IMG/VR virus record: IMGVR_UViG_3300036715_003906
Coordinates: 1 to 64,000 of that record
Length of the DNA stretch: 64,000 bases
Reading direction: 5' to 3' (one strand)
Shown here: piece after piece, positions 36,504 through 45,722 of the stretch
Layout of the letters: each line of letters starts with the position of its first letter
How positions within the stretch are numbered: the stretch's first letter is position 1
The notes under the pieces: generated by a model
Told to the model about the DNA's origin: nothing
The model's database searches: none
The model's input: the letters and a program-made list of their open reading frames with translations, nothing else
Program-made: the position numbers and the translations under genes

Positions 36504-37117
36504 GGCTTCGTTTCCCTTCCCCCTCCTGGTACACCGCCCAGCCGGACCTTCGCCCCCGGCGTGACCACCAGACCCCCCGCGGGACGCGGAATCACGGGCC
36601 CCGCCCACGGATCGGAGACCGGCGTTGCGGGACGCCCTTGCAGCATCCGTCCCCCCTGGTTCGGGGCGTTGGCCCCGTAAAGAGGGGGAGAAAGCGCAGG
36701 GGATTCCGTCTGGAACCCTTCCGGACGTGGAGCGGGAGTCGCCTCGGGGGACGTGGGCGATTCTTCCGCCGGTTCCTTGTCCGCCGGCATGACCGGGGGA
36801 CGCTCCGGGACCGTGGGGGTCTCGTGGGGGTCCGTCCAGTCCGTCCGTATCTCCGGGGTACGCCCCACCTCGATGTGGGCGAAAGATTGCCGGGTCACCG
36901 CCCCGAAGCGGGGGTCCTCCGGGCGAAGGAGGGGGACCTCCGTGAAGAGGCGCTGCTCCCAGGTCGCGGCCCGGACGTCCATCTGCATCTTGCCGTGAAG
37001 GCTCCGGGTGCAGTCCGGGTTCAAGCACCTGGCGCACCAGGCCCGACTGAAATCGGCGAGGGGCTGGCCCTTGTTGTTGCAGCTCCCGACCCAGTCCTTG
37101 CGCGCCATCCCCGCCAT
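36500..37117 (-). CDS. hypothetical protein with Cys-rich N-terminus and Pro-rich tail
   Basis: C...WCARC.NP.C.RS. Confidence 0.6.
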   Translation of the reverse strand: MAGMARKDWVGSCNNKGQPLADFSRAWCARCLNPDCTRSLHGKMQMDVRAATWEQRLFTEVPLLRPEDPRFGAVTRQSFAHIEVGRTPEIRTDWTDPHETPTVPERPPVMPADKEPAEESPTSPEATPAPRPEGFQTESPALSPPLYGANAPNQGGRMLQGRPATPVSDPWAGPVIPRPAGGLVVTPGAKVRLGGVPGGGRETKP

Positions 37118-37145
37118 GGTAACCGCCACCGCCCCCCCGCGCTAC

Positions 37146-40100
37146 TCACTCCAGGCTGTGGGCTCCGTTCGACCAGTTGCCCTGATTCAAGGCGAACATG
37201 AAGGGCTGGGGATCGACCCGGATGTTCAGGATCGGATCGATGAGGACCTCGCCCGAAGCCGTGATCACCCGAAGGAGGGCCCCGTCCTCCTTCTTGAACT
37301 CCGTGCAAAGGCCCGCAATGCGGGGGATGGCCCGCCGGGTCGTCTCCTTGAGACGTACCGTGAGCACCTGCCCCGCGGGGGGCGTGGGGGCGGGCGTGGG
37401 GGGCCGGGGGGCCGGGACCGGAGCGGGCTGGGGAGCCGGAGCCGGTGCGGGAGGAGGGGGCGGCGCCGCGGGGACGGGGTCGTCCGAGGGGGACTCCATG
37501 CTCAGGGTGTCCTCCCCCTCCCCCTCCTCCGCCACAGAGACGTTCCCAGGAGCCTCGGCCGGTGACGGAGCGGCCGGCACCTCTCCGTTGGGGTAGGGCT
37601 CCGTCAGGTCGTCCCGCCACTCGGGGCCCCATTTGTCCAGGGTCTGGCGGAGCCAGTCCGGCGGCTTGACGAAGAGGAAGGCCCCCGAATGGACCTCACC
37701 CGGCCCTGCTTTCTCGCGCTCGCCGGCCTTGCTTACCTTGGCCCGGCGGGCCGTGGTCTCCGCCCCCCAGTTGGACCCGACCAGGGGGTCGGTGACCAGG
37801 GGGACACCCCACTCGGGGGTCGTCATCCGGCCGAGCGACTCCATGGTCCAGGTGATGACCTCGATCGCGACCAGCAGGACCTCGGGCTTGATCTCGAAGA
37901 CCAGCTCGTCGTGGACCGTGAGCAGCATCCGCACGCTGTCCGACCCGTTCTTGAGCCAGCCCCGCTTCCAGCATTGCTTGTGGATGAGGACCATGGCGAT
38001 CTTCATGATGTCGGCGCCCGTCCCCTGGATCGGGTAGTTCGTCGAGTGCCGCTCACAGGCCGCTCGCGTCGCCTGGGCCGTCTCCTGGTCCAAGGGCTTC
38101 TTGCGCGTGAACCGATCGTGGTAGGCGTACTCCCCCTCCTTGATCGCGGCGTCGGGGATGGAGATCCACCGGCCAAAGGCCGTGTAGACGCCCTTGTCGA
38201 GCTTCACCCTGTCGTGCTTCCTCTTCACCCACTGGGCAAAGGTGGGCAGGGCCTTGTCGAAGGCGTCCTTCTTCCGGCGGGCTTCGAGCTTGTCACACCC
38301 CACCGCCCGCTGGACCGAGGCCGCACCGCCGCCGTAGACCAGAGCGAAGTTGGCCATCTTGCCCGCCTTCCGGTAGCCCTTCTTCTTCTCCTTGTCCTTC
38401 TCCGTGTCGTACCCGGGGAAGAAGGCGCGAGCCGTGATGGCGTGAAGGTCCCCCTCCCCTTCGGTGAACTCCTTGATCCAGACCTTCTCCCCCGACAGGT
38501 TGGTGACGACGCGAAGCTCCTCCCCCGCGTAGTCGCACTTCACCATGACGTAGCCCTCGCGGGCCACGAAGCAGGTGCGCAGGTTCGACGTGCCGGGGAT
38601 GCCGTGGATGGCCAGACCCCCGAAGCCTTGCTCCGGGTCACCCTGGGGGGCCGAGAAGCGACCCGTCGCCGCGCCGGTCTGCTTGAACTGGAACCGGAAC
38701 TCGTCGTTCGCGTCCCCGTTGTGCGCCATGGCAAGGAGGTAGGTCCCGATGAGCTTCTCCTGCTTCCGGTAGGCGATGATCCACTTGAGGGCCGGGGGCG
38801 CATTCTCCCCGAGCTTCGTGGCCAGCTCGTCGATCGTGACCTTGTCGGTCTTGTACTGCCCGCTCGCCTTGTTCCGCTCGGGCTTGGGGGAGATGTCGAG
38901 GCCCCGCGCATCAAAGAGGAAGGTGCCGAGCTGGGCGGGGCTGTTGGGCTCGAAGTTCGGGAAGCCCTTGCTCTCGGCCAGGGCGATGATCTGGCCCCTG
39001 ATCCGGTCGCGCTCCTCCTCCGCCTGGGCCAGTAGCTCCTTGGCCCGGGGCCGATCCACCTTGACTCGGTTCCGCTCCATGACCCGCTTGGCCTGGACCA
39101 CCTGCTTCTCGACCCGGTACATCCAGGCGTGCCTGCTGCCGGACGCCACCACCTGCGGAACCCCCTCGGGGTGAGCGCAGAGGAGCCGTGTGCAGATGGC
39201 ATCCGAGCAGGCGTAGTTCACGATGCTCGGCTCGTCCGGAGAGAGTGTCTCGAAGCGCGGAGCCCGACCCCGGGCAAAGAGCGCGTCGAACTTGATCATC
39301 TCGTAGGGGTGGCCCTCCGGGTCCCGCAGGTACTGCGGGGCCTTCTCCTTGAGCGACAACCGCTTGTCGTCCGAGTAGACCATGTAGAACGCGAGCTGGC
39401 CGTCCTCGAACGAATCGGGGTGCCACCAGTCGATCCCCGTGATCGGGTAGAGCATCTCCTGGTCGAAGGCCGCGTGCCAGAAGTCGATCACCACCCTGGG
39501 CGGCGTCTTGTGCCTCTTGAAGCTGAGGATGTCCGCTTCCTCCGGGAACGGCTCCGGCTGGGCCGCCCGGCAGAGCTTCGCGATGGCAGCGAGCACCCGG
39601 TCCACCGGCTTGATGTTGAGGTCGGGGCCCCCGTCCTCGGGCCGGTGACGGATCGGGATGTAGTACCCGTCCTTTGCATCCCCGTAGGCGATGCAGAAGC
39701 CCACCACCTGATGCACCGTACGGAGGGCACCGGTGACCGGGTCGGGGTAGATGCGCGTGTCGAGACCCTCGGACTCGATGTCCAGGGCGCACCGGCCATT
39801 CGCGATGGCGCGACCAATAAGGTCCTCCACCTCCTCGGGCGTCTTGAGGAGGTGGAAGGTGTGGTGCTTCATCCACGGCTTGGTCATGAGCGGAACGTGG
39901 CGCTCCGCCGCGACGCCCATGATCGCCATGGAAGCCAGAGGGTCGTCCGCGTCCGTGTCCCCGTCGAGGCGCCGTTGCCGGGGCGGCAGGGCCACCATGT
40001 CCTCGGGACGAACGAGGTCGTCCACCGTTACGTTGCGTCCGAAGTCCTCGGGTCGAAGGAAGCTATCGGCCGTGAGTTCGACGGCGGGCGGCGGAGCCTG

Positions 40101-40262
40101 TCCCGGCGGGGCGCCGGGGAGGGGCAACACCCCCTGCGGAGAGAGGGGTAGGACGCCGTCCGCCTCATCGACGAGGGCCTCGTCCCGGGCGATGTTTTCG
40201 TCCTCGTCCTCGACTTCGATCCGGTAGGTGATGTCGTCATCCTCGTCCTCAAGCTGCACCAT
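37146..40262 (-). CDS. polA: family A DNA polymerase with 3'-5' exonuclease
   Basis: ExoI ALDIESEG, ExoIII YACSDA, TGRFS, motif A CDYAGEELR, motif B RKAGKMANFALVYG, NYPIQGTGAD, motif C VHDEL; SD GGAGG at ATG 40262. Confidence 0.93.
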   Translation of the reverse strand: MVQLEDEDDDITYRIEVEDEDENIARDEALVDEADGVLPLSPQGVLPLPGAPPGQAPPPAVELTADSFLRPEDFGRNVTVDDLVRPEDMVALPPRQRRLDGDTDADDPLASMAIMGVAAERHVPLMTKPWMKHHTFHLLKTPEEVEDLIGRAIANGRCALDIESEGLDTRIYPDPVTGALRTVHQVVGFCIAYGDAKDGYYIPIRHRPEDGGPDLNIKPVDRVLAAIAKLCRAAQPEPFPEEADILSFKRHKTPPRVVIDFWHAAFDQEMLYPITGIDWWHPDSFEDGQLAFYMVYSDDKRLSLKEKAPQYLRDPEGHPYEMIKFDALFARGRAPRFETLSPDEPSIVNYACSDAICTRLLCAHPEGVPQVVASGSRHAWMYRVEKQVVQAKRVMERNRVKVDRPRAKELLAQAEEERDRIRGQIIALAESKGFPNFEPNSPAQLGTFLFDARGLDISPKPERNKASGQYKTDKVTIDELATKLGENAPPALKWIIAYRKQEKLIGTYLLAMAHNGDANDEFRFQFKQTGAATGRFSAPQGDPEQGFGGLAIHGIPGTSNLRTCFVAREGYVMVKCDYAGEELRVVTNLSGEKVWIKEFTEGEGDLHAITARAFFPGYDTEKDKEKKKGYRKAGKMANFALVYGGGAASVQRAVGCDKLEARRKKDAFDKALPTFAQWVKRKHDRVKLDKGVYTAFGRWISIPDAAIKEGEYAYHDRFTRKKPLDQETAQATRAACERHSTNYPIQGTGADIMKIAMVLIHKQCWKRGWLKNGSDSVRMLLTVHDELVFEIKPEVLLVAIEVITWTMESLGRMTTPEWGVPLVTDPLVGSNWGAETTARRAKVSKAGEREKAGPGEVHSGAFLFVKPPDWLRQTLDKWGPEWRDDLTEPYPNGEVPAAPSPAEAPGNVSVAEEGEGEDTLSMESPSDDPVPAAPPPPPAPAPAPQPAPVPAPRPPTPAPTPPAGQVLTVRLKETTRRAIPRIAGLCTEFKKEDGALLRVITASGEVLIDPILNIRVDPQPFMFALNQGNWSNGAHSLE

Positions 40263-40695
40263 CGCTGTCCTCCTTGACCACGAGCACGTATACACCGCTC
40301 CGCCAGTACGACAGGAGCAAGTATCCCAGGAAAAGTGCTGCTTCGCCCTCCTGCCCGCCGGGCCGGTAGCAGGTGGGCATCTTGCTCGACAGGGGCGTAC
40401 AGCGCCCCTTGTCGCGGAGCACGCACCCCTCTTCCTCGAGGCACCGCTGGTCGAGCAGGGGGAGCTTGCGGACCACGAGCCTCGGGGCAAGCCCCAGCTT
40501 GTCGAAAAGGGGCCGGGTCCATCCCTTGAGGGCCGCGTCCAGCTCCCCCGCCGTGAGCACGGGGACGAGCTGCCCCATGTCCGAGCCCTGGAGGGGGGCC
40601 CACTCGGGCTCCCATGTCCCCGCCTTGTCCGCGTGGATGAGAAAGGCGTCGATGACGCCCATCTCCCGCACCTTGATCTTCAGCTCGCGCGGCAC
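40249..40695 (-). CDS. hypothetical protein (Cys cluster)
   Basis: C....C.....C......P.C; lies between the primase Zn-finger and the polymerase. Confidence 0.6.
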   Translation of the reverse strand: MPRELKIKVREMGVIDAFLIHADKAGTWEPEWAPLQGSDMGQLVPVLTAGELDAALKGWTRPLFDKLGLAPRLVVRKLPLLDQRCLEEEGCVLRDKGRCTPLSSKMPTCYRPGGQEGEAALFLGYLLLSYWRSGVYVLVVKEDSDGAA

Positions 40696-41300
40696 TTCTC
40701 GCCGATCTTGCGGAGCACCCTTTCGAGCGCGGCCTTGGCTTCGGCGGGGGACGTCGTTCCCGCGTTCATCCGGGCCCGGAGCCGATCGAGGACCACGCCG
40801 AGCGTGAGGTAGCCCTTCCTGTCGAAGGACTCCCGCCCCACCACCAGGCGCCGCTCACAGGCCGCGAGGAGCGCGGTAAGCCGGGCCTCTTCCTCCTCCC
40901 CCGGCTTGTCCCAGACCTCGTAGCCCTCCATGGAAGGGATTTCGGGCGGGCAAAGGTTGTAGGCCCGCTCCATGGCCCGCAGGACAGCCGTGAACTTGGC
41001 CGCCTGCATCCCCTGGAACTCGCGCCAGACCCCCACCACGTCCCACCTCTTCTGGCAGACGAAGCAGTAGACCCCCGCGCCATGGTCGTCGTCCCCGTCC
41101 GCGTGGTACTTGGCCGCCATGCTCTTGCTGTTCGGGTGGAAGGGGCAAAAGATCTGCTCCGACCGGCTTCCGCCGTACCGCAAGGGGACGCCATTCTCCG
41201 ACAGGACATCGGCGACGCGGACCGCCTCCCGTATCGCGGCGGTCCGCTCCTTGATCCAGTCGGCGATCGGGCCCTCGAAGGTGCGCTTGTCCGCCGTCAC
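40680..41300 (-). CDS. primase-type CHC2 zinc-finger protein (no TOPRIM domain)
   Basis: CPFH...SMA...YCFVC...WDV. Confidence 0.75.
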   Translation of the reverse strand: MTADKRTFEGPIADWIKERTAAIREAVRVADVLSENGVPLRYGGSRSEQIFCPFHPNSKSMAAKYHADGDDDHGAGVYCFVCQKRWDVVGVWREFQGMQAAKFTAVLRAMERAYNLCPPEIPSMEGYEVWDKPGEEEEARLTALLAACERRLVVGRESFDRKGYLTLGVVLDRLRARMNAGTTSPAEAKAALERVLRKIGEKCRAS

Positions 41301-42775
41301 AGCCCCGCCATCGCCTCCATGACCGCCCGGTGCTCCTCGACGCTCATCCCGCCCCCCTGGGCCCCCTGGAAGATGTCGAGGTTGAAGATGCGCCGGGGCG
41401 CGAAGTCCACCTTGGCCGTGAAGGGCGCGAAGGTCGGGTTGTCCCGGTTCTTCAGGTTGCAGAAGACCGTGGTGCCCGCGGTCCGGTGGTCGTCGTTCAG
41501 GTACGTGGTCGTGATCGTGTCCGCCGACTTCTCGACCTCGTTCGCGTAGGTGAGGGCGCTGATCTTGTACCGGCCCTCGTTCTTGTCGGCGTCCTCCTTG
41601 CCGGCCCGGTTCATCTGGAAGAGCATCAGCACGGGGACCTTCTCCCCGTGGTTGAAGTGCAGGGCGAGCTTCTTCGCGTCCCGGACGATGCTGTTCATCT
41701 GGATCACGTACTCCTTGCCCGAGCCCTTGCGGGGCTCGATGAGCAGGCCGTGGTCGAGGATGACGAGCCCCACCTCCATCTGCCGGTGGATCAGCTCCGT
41801 TTCGAGGCGGATGTCCTGGATCGACACCTCCCGGTCAGGGCACCGGATCTCGACCTCGCAGTAGTTCGGGTTGTTGCAGAAGTCGTCGATGACGAGCTTG
41901 TAGAACTCCTCCTCCGCGGCCGTCAGCTCCCCGTCCCGGATCTTCCGGTAGTCGAGGGGCGCGTACCCCATCTTCTGGAACTTGAGGTTCGCCGAGTGGA
42001 TCGCGTAGAAGGTCCGGCGCACCTGCTCGTAGGGCATCTCCAGCGACCAGTAGACCGTGTGGGCCTTGTACCGGGTCGCCAGGTTGTAGGCCCAGTTGCA
42101 GGCGAAGCTGGTCTTTAGCTCGCCCGGGAAGGCCGCGTGGACCCACAGCTCCCCCTTCTTGGCGCCCTTGCAGCACTTGTCGATCTCGTTGATCCCGGTG
42201 AAGCGGCCCCAGACCTTGTCCTTGTTCGACTTGGCGTTCGTGTACTCGTCCCACATCGCCTGGCCGTCGTGACGGATCGTGCCGCTCGTCCGGGACGTGT
42301 AGTCCGATTGGACGAGTTCGAGGGACTTCTGGGCGAAGTGCATGACCCCGTCCCGGAGTCCCTGCTTGCGGATCTTGTCCCGGCCCTCCCTGAACTCGAC
42401 GCCCTTCGTGATGATGTCCCGGGCTTCGGTGAGCAGGGCGATGGCCTTGTGCTTGTTCTGGTCGTCCCGGATCTGGCTGAGCAGGTGGACGAAGGTCGTG
42501 CGGATGTAGAACGGCGCCGCCGCGATGTCCTTGACCCGCTCGACCGCCTCGATGTCCCCCGTCCCTCCCACGGTCTCGAAGTAGTCGATGACCGATTGCG
42601 AGGAGGGCATCTCCAGCCGGGCCTGGAAATACTCCAGGCAAAAGTTGTAGATCCGCTGCTCCTCGGGAAGCTGCCAGTCCACGTTGGCGCTGATCAGCTT
42701 CCCGAAGTTCTGGATCAGGTTGTCGGGCGAAACCTGTCCGTCGAAATCGATCACGCTCCGCAGTAGCCGCTTCAT
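41297..42775 (-). CDS. DnaB-like replicative helicase
   Basis: TGINEIDK...G.KKGEL, AFPGELKTS (variant Walker A), WSLEM, VILDH, FQMNR, EKSAD, LKNRD. Confidence 0.85.
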   Translation of the reverse strand: MKRLLRSVIDFDGQVSPDNLIQNFGKLISANVDWQLPEEQRIYNFCLEYFQARLEMPSSQSVIDYFETVGGTGDIEAVERVKDIAAAPFYIRTTFVHLLSQIRDDQNKHKAIALLTEARDIITKGVEFREGRDKIRKQGLRDGVMHFAQKSLELVQSDYTSRTSGTIRHDGQAMWDEYTNAKSNKDKVWGRFTGINEIDKCCKGAKKGELWVHAAFPGELKTSFACNWAYNLATRYKAHTVYWSLEMPYEQVRRTFYAIHSANLKFQKMGYAPLDYRKIRDGELTAAEEEFYKLVIDDFCNNPNYCEVEIRCPDREVSIQDIRLETELIHRQMEVGLVILDHGLLIEPRKGSGKEYVIQMNSIVRDAKKLALHFNHGEKVPVLMLFQMNRAGKEDADKNEGRYKISALTYANEVEKSADTITTTYLNDDHRTAGTTVFCNLKNRDNPTFAPFTAKVDFAPRRIFNLDIFQGAQGGGMSVEEHRAVMEAMAGL

Positions 42776-43737
42776 CGAGACCTCTTGGGATAGGAACCAC
42801 GCTTGCCGTTGGTCTTGGGCCCCGCCGGGCCGCTGAGGGGCCCGCTGAGGGGCCCCCGGGTCTCCTCCCGGTCCCGCTCACGTTCACGCTCTTTCCACGG
42901 GCTCTGCCGGGGGATGGAGGGCTTCTCCCTCGGGGGCAGAAGGGGCATCTCGTCCGTGTTCATCGAGACTTCCTCCGGCTCGTCCTCCTCGGCCTCGGGG
43001 GCTTCGGGGGCCGTCTCGGGCACGGGCTTCGGGGGAACCTTCGCGGTGGGCTTCGCGGGGGGCTTTGGAGCCGCGGAGTCCACGGGGACGGCCTTGGGCT
43101 TCCTCATGGGCATGATCTCGCCTTCCTTGAGCCCCAGCCGCTCGAAGTTGCGCGAGATGTAGTCGGAGACCTCGTCGCTGAACGCCGGGTGGTCTCCCAT
43201 GAAGAGCGCGTCGGGGTCCTCGATGATCCAGGTGGGGAGGAGGCGCGAGGCCCGCATCATGAGGGTCTCCTTGAGGATGCCCGGCATCGCCCGGTTCTTG
43301 TACCCGAGAAACCCGAGCCGCAGGATGAGGAGGTCGACCCCCCCCACGACCAGGTCCGACAGGGAGTTGAAGGTCTCCTGTTCGTCGCGGGTCTTCTTCG
43401 AGCGCGCCCGGTAATCCTCGGACCCCACCCACACGGTCTTGAGCCGCTCGTCGGTGACGACGCGGAACGAGAACTGGGGGCCCTTGAACGCGAGAGCCCA
43501 CTTGAGGTGCGAGAGCACCACGGGCCAGGTCCCCGTCAGAAAGAGGTCCTCGTTCGTCCGGTCCACCTTCCTGGGGAGGTAGAGGGGGCTCGCCTTGATC
43601 GTGTCTGCCCCCGCGATCTCGGCCCCCATGTGGATCTTCAGGGCCCGGGCGTAGGCGCAGATGCACTGCCGCACCGTGCTGTCGTCGTCGGGGAGCGGGC
43701 GGAAGCCGGCTCCCTTGCAAATCGTGCATTCAGCCAT
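42772..43737 (-). CDS. DnaC/IstB-like helicase-loader homolog with degenerate ATPase
   Basis: N-terminal CxxC.G.G...C.C; DLLILRLG...N...E.L..R...PTWI; adjacent to DnaB. Confidence 0.55.
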   Translation of the reverse strand: MAECTICKGAGFRPLPDDDSTVRQCICAYARALKIHMGAEIAGADTIKASPLYLPRKVDRTNEDLFLTGTWPVVLSHLKWALAFKGPQFSFRVVTDERLKTVWVGSEDYRARSKKTRDEQETFNSLSDLVVGGVDLLILRLGFLGYKNRAMPGILKETLMMRASRLLPTWIIEDPDALFMGDHPAFSDEVSDYISRNFERLGLKEGEIMPMRKPKAVPVDSAAPKPPAKPTAKVPPKPVPETAPEAPEAEEDEPEEVSMNTDEMPLLPPREKPSIPRQSPWKERERERDREETRGPLSGPLSGPAGPKTNGKRGSYPKRSR

Positions 43738-45475
43738 GTTTCTTGGCCCCCTCTTGCATCTTCCGCACGAGGTCCTTGGTCGAGCTGCCCTTGGTGTCGA
43801 AGGTGAGGGCCCCCACGGCCGACTCCCCGAGTACCTGGTCGATGATCGCCTTCTTCCCTTCGAGGGTTTCGAGCACGTAGTCGTCGATCGTCTTGCGCTC
43901 CTTGGCCGTCTCCCCCGGTAGCTCGCTCACCAGGTGGTAGACGAGGATACGCGTGTGCTTCGACCCGAGCCGCTGGGGCCGGCCGAGCGTCTGGACGTAG
44001 TTCCCCCACGACCAGGGGGCGTCGAAGAACAGGAGGGCCGAGGCGGCTTGCAGGTTGATCGCCTCCGACCCCGCGTCGGTGATGAAGATCACCTTCGTCG
44101 GGCTGTTCTCGTCCTGGAAGGCGTCCTGAGCCGCCTTGCGTTGCTGGACCTTCTCCTTGCCCGTGATGCGGACCGAGGTGATCCCGCCCGCCGTCAGGAT
44201 GGCCTGGAGCCGGCCCACCAGCGACTCGAACCGCGTGTAGACAACGACCTTCTCGCCGTCGAGTTCCTCGGTCAAGATGTCCATCAGGAGCCGCTCCTTC
44301 GACCCGAGCTTGTCGACCTTGATCGCCTCCTCCGCAAAGGCCGAGCTGACCTCGTCCGCCTCCTTGTACTTGAGCAGCGTGAGGGAGTTGACGACGAGCT
44401 GGCAGTAGATGAGCGCCGTGAGCGCCTTGGTCTCCTCGTAGTCCTTGACCGTCCCGTCCCCGAGTTCGAGGACCCCCGACACCGCCTCCCGGTACTTCGC
44501 CACCTCCGCCGGCAGGAGCGTCGTCGTCATCCGCCGCGTCGTGAGCACCGGTAGCTCGTCCGACACCACGGTCTTCGGGCGGCCGAGGAAATAAGGGTCG
44601 ATCATCTGCCGGAAAAGGCTGAGGTTCCGGTAGCCCACGACCAGGGGGATGCGCCGGCCCCCGGGCATCACCTGCTCACGCACCACGCAGAAGGAGTCGT
44701 GAAATGCCTTCTTGGTCGCGAAGAGCCAGGGCACGACCGCCTTGTAGATCGAGAAACCCTCCACCAGATTGTTCTTCAGGAGCGTCGCCGTCAGGCCGTA
44801 GCAGCGGTTCGATCGGGCCGAGAGCGCCTGGACCACCGTCCACGTCTTCGTCGCCGTGTTCTTGAACGCCGTGGCCTCGTCGAAGATGGTCAGGACGCTG
44901 GTCATCTCCCGCGTGATCCCGTCGAGGAGCCCGGGGATGAAGATCGGCTTCTCGCCCCGCTTCGTGGCCTTGATCATCCCGCTGCCCGCGGTCCAGTCCC
45001 GCAGGAGCTGGCTGTACGTCATCAGCAGGAGCGGCTTGTCCGGCCCCGCGTAGGCTTTCCAGGCGTGGTAGATGGTCTTCCGCTCGTCCGGACCGCCCCC
45101 GACCACGAACACCTTGACCCCCTTCGTAAACCGCAGGATCTCGCTCTCCCACTGGAGCTGCGGGGCCACGGGCGAGACCACGATGGGCCGCGTCCCGGGC
45201 TCCCGCTGCCAGAGGTAGCAAAGGGCCGCCACGGCCTGGAGGGTCTTGCCCAGGCCCGTCCCGTCGCCGAGGATCATCCGAGGCATCCGCATCAGGTGGT
45301 AGACCCCGATCGTCTGATAGTACCTGAGCCGGAGCGGGACCGGCCCCGTCGGCGTGTCCAGCGTGTCCCGCAAATGAGGGGTGGGTTTCAGGGCCACCGT
45401 TTTCGAGTCCCGGATGCGTAGGAGGTCGTGGTAGGTGGCGGTGATCTCGGCTTGGGCCGCGGCCGGAAGGGGCAT
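43730..45475 (-). CDS. SNF2-family (SF2) helicase
   Basis: LGDGTGLGKT, IFDEA, LTATLLKN, KVVVYT, AGSEAINLQAA, QTLGRPQRLG; GGTG-TAAAGT-7nt-ATG. Confidence 0.9.
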   Translation of the reverse strand: MPLPAAAQAEITATYHDLLRIRDSKTVALKPTPHLRDTLDTPTGPVPLRLRYYQTIGVYHLMRMPRMILGDGTGLGKTLQAVAALCYLWQREPGTRPIVVSPVAPQLQWESEILRFTKGVKVFVVGGGPDERKTIYHAWKAYAGPDKPLLLMTYSQLLRDWTAGSGMIKATKRGEKPIFIPGLLDGITREMTSVLTIFDEATAFKNTATKTWTVVQALSARSNRCYGLTATLLKNNLVEGFSIYKAVVPWLFATKKAFHDSFCVVREQVMPGGRRIPLVVGYRNLSLFRQMIDPYFLGRPKTVVSDELPVLTTRRMTTTLLPAEVAKYREAVSGVLELGDGTVKDYEETKALTALIYCQLVVNSLTLLKYKEADEVSSAFAEEAIKVDKLGSKERLLMDILTEELDGEKVVVYTRFESLVGRLQAILTAGGITSVRITGKEKVQQRKAAQDAFQDENSPTKVIFITDAGSEAINLQAASALLFFDAPWSWGNYVQTLGRPQRLGSKHTRILVYHLVSELPGETAKERKTIDDYVLETLEGKKAIIDQVLGESAVGALTFDTKGSSTKDLVRKMQEGAKKHG

Positions 45476-45519
45476 GGCGGGCACTTTACACCGGACCGGA
45501 GGAATCGACCGGCCGCCTT

Positions 45520-45552
45520 TTGATTCTCGTCCGAGCCCCGCGTAGTACCCCC
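45520..45552 (+). promoter_or_regulatory. class I promoter cassette (P12), divergent from the SNF2 promoter
   Basis: AATCGAC upstream; TTGATT-17nt-TAGTAC-cccc-AGG. Confidence 0.8.
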
Positions 45553-45681
45553 AGGACCACGCTCCTCGTCACCCTGACGAGGCCCGAGCCCGACTACAGC
45601 GAGAGGGCCCGCGTCGAGGCCCCCCTCAGCTACGATCGGTTCAGGGCCATCGAGCAGGGTCGCGGGGACGGGAACTGCTGA
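45553..45681 (+). CDS. 42-aa ORF (start reads AGG)
   Basis: In frame from P12 to TGA at 45679. Confidence 0.35.
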   Translation, partial: RTTLLVTLTRPEPDYSERARVEAPLSYDRFRAIEQGRGDGNC

Positions 45682-45722
45682 CCTGTCAGGAGGGGGGCCC
45701 ATCCCCCCTCTAGGAGACCATC

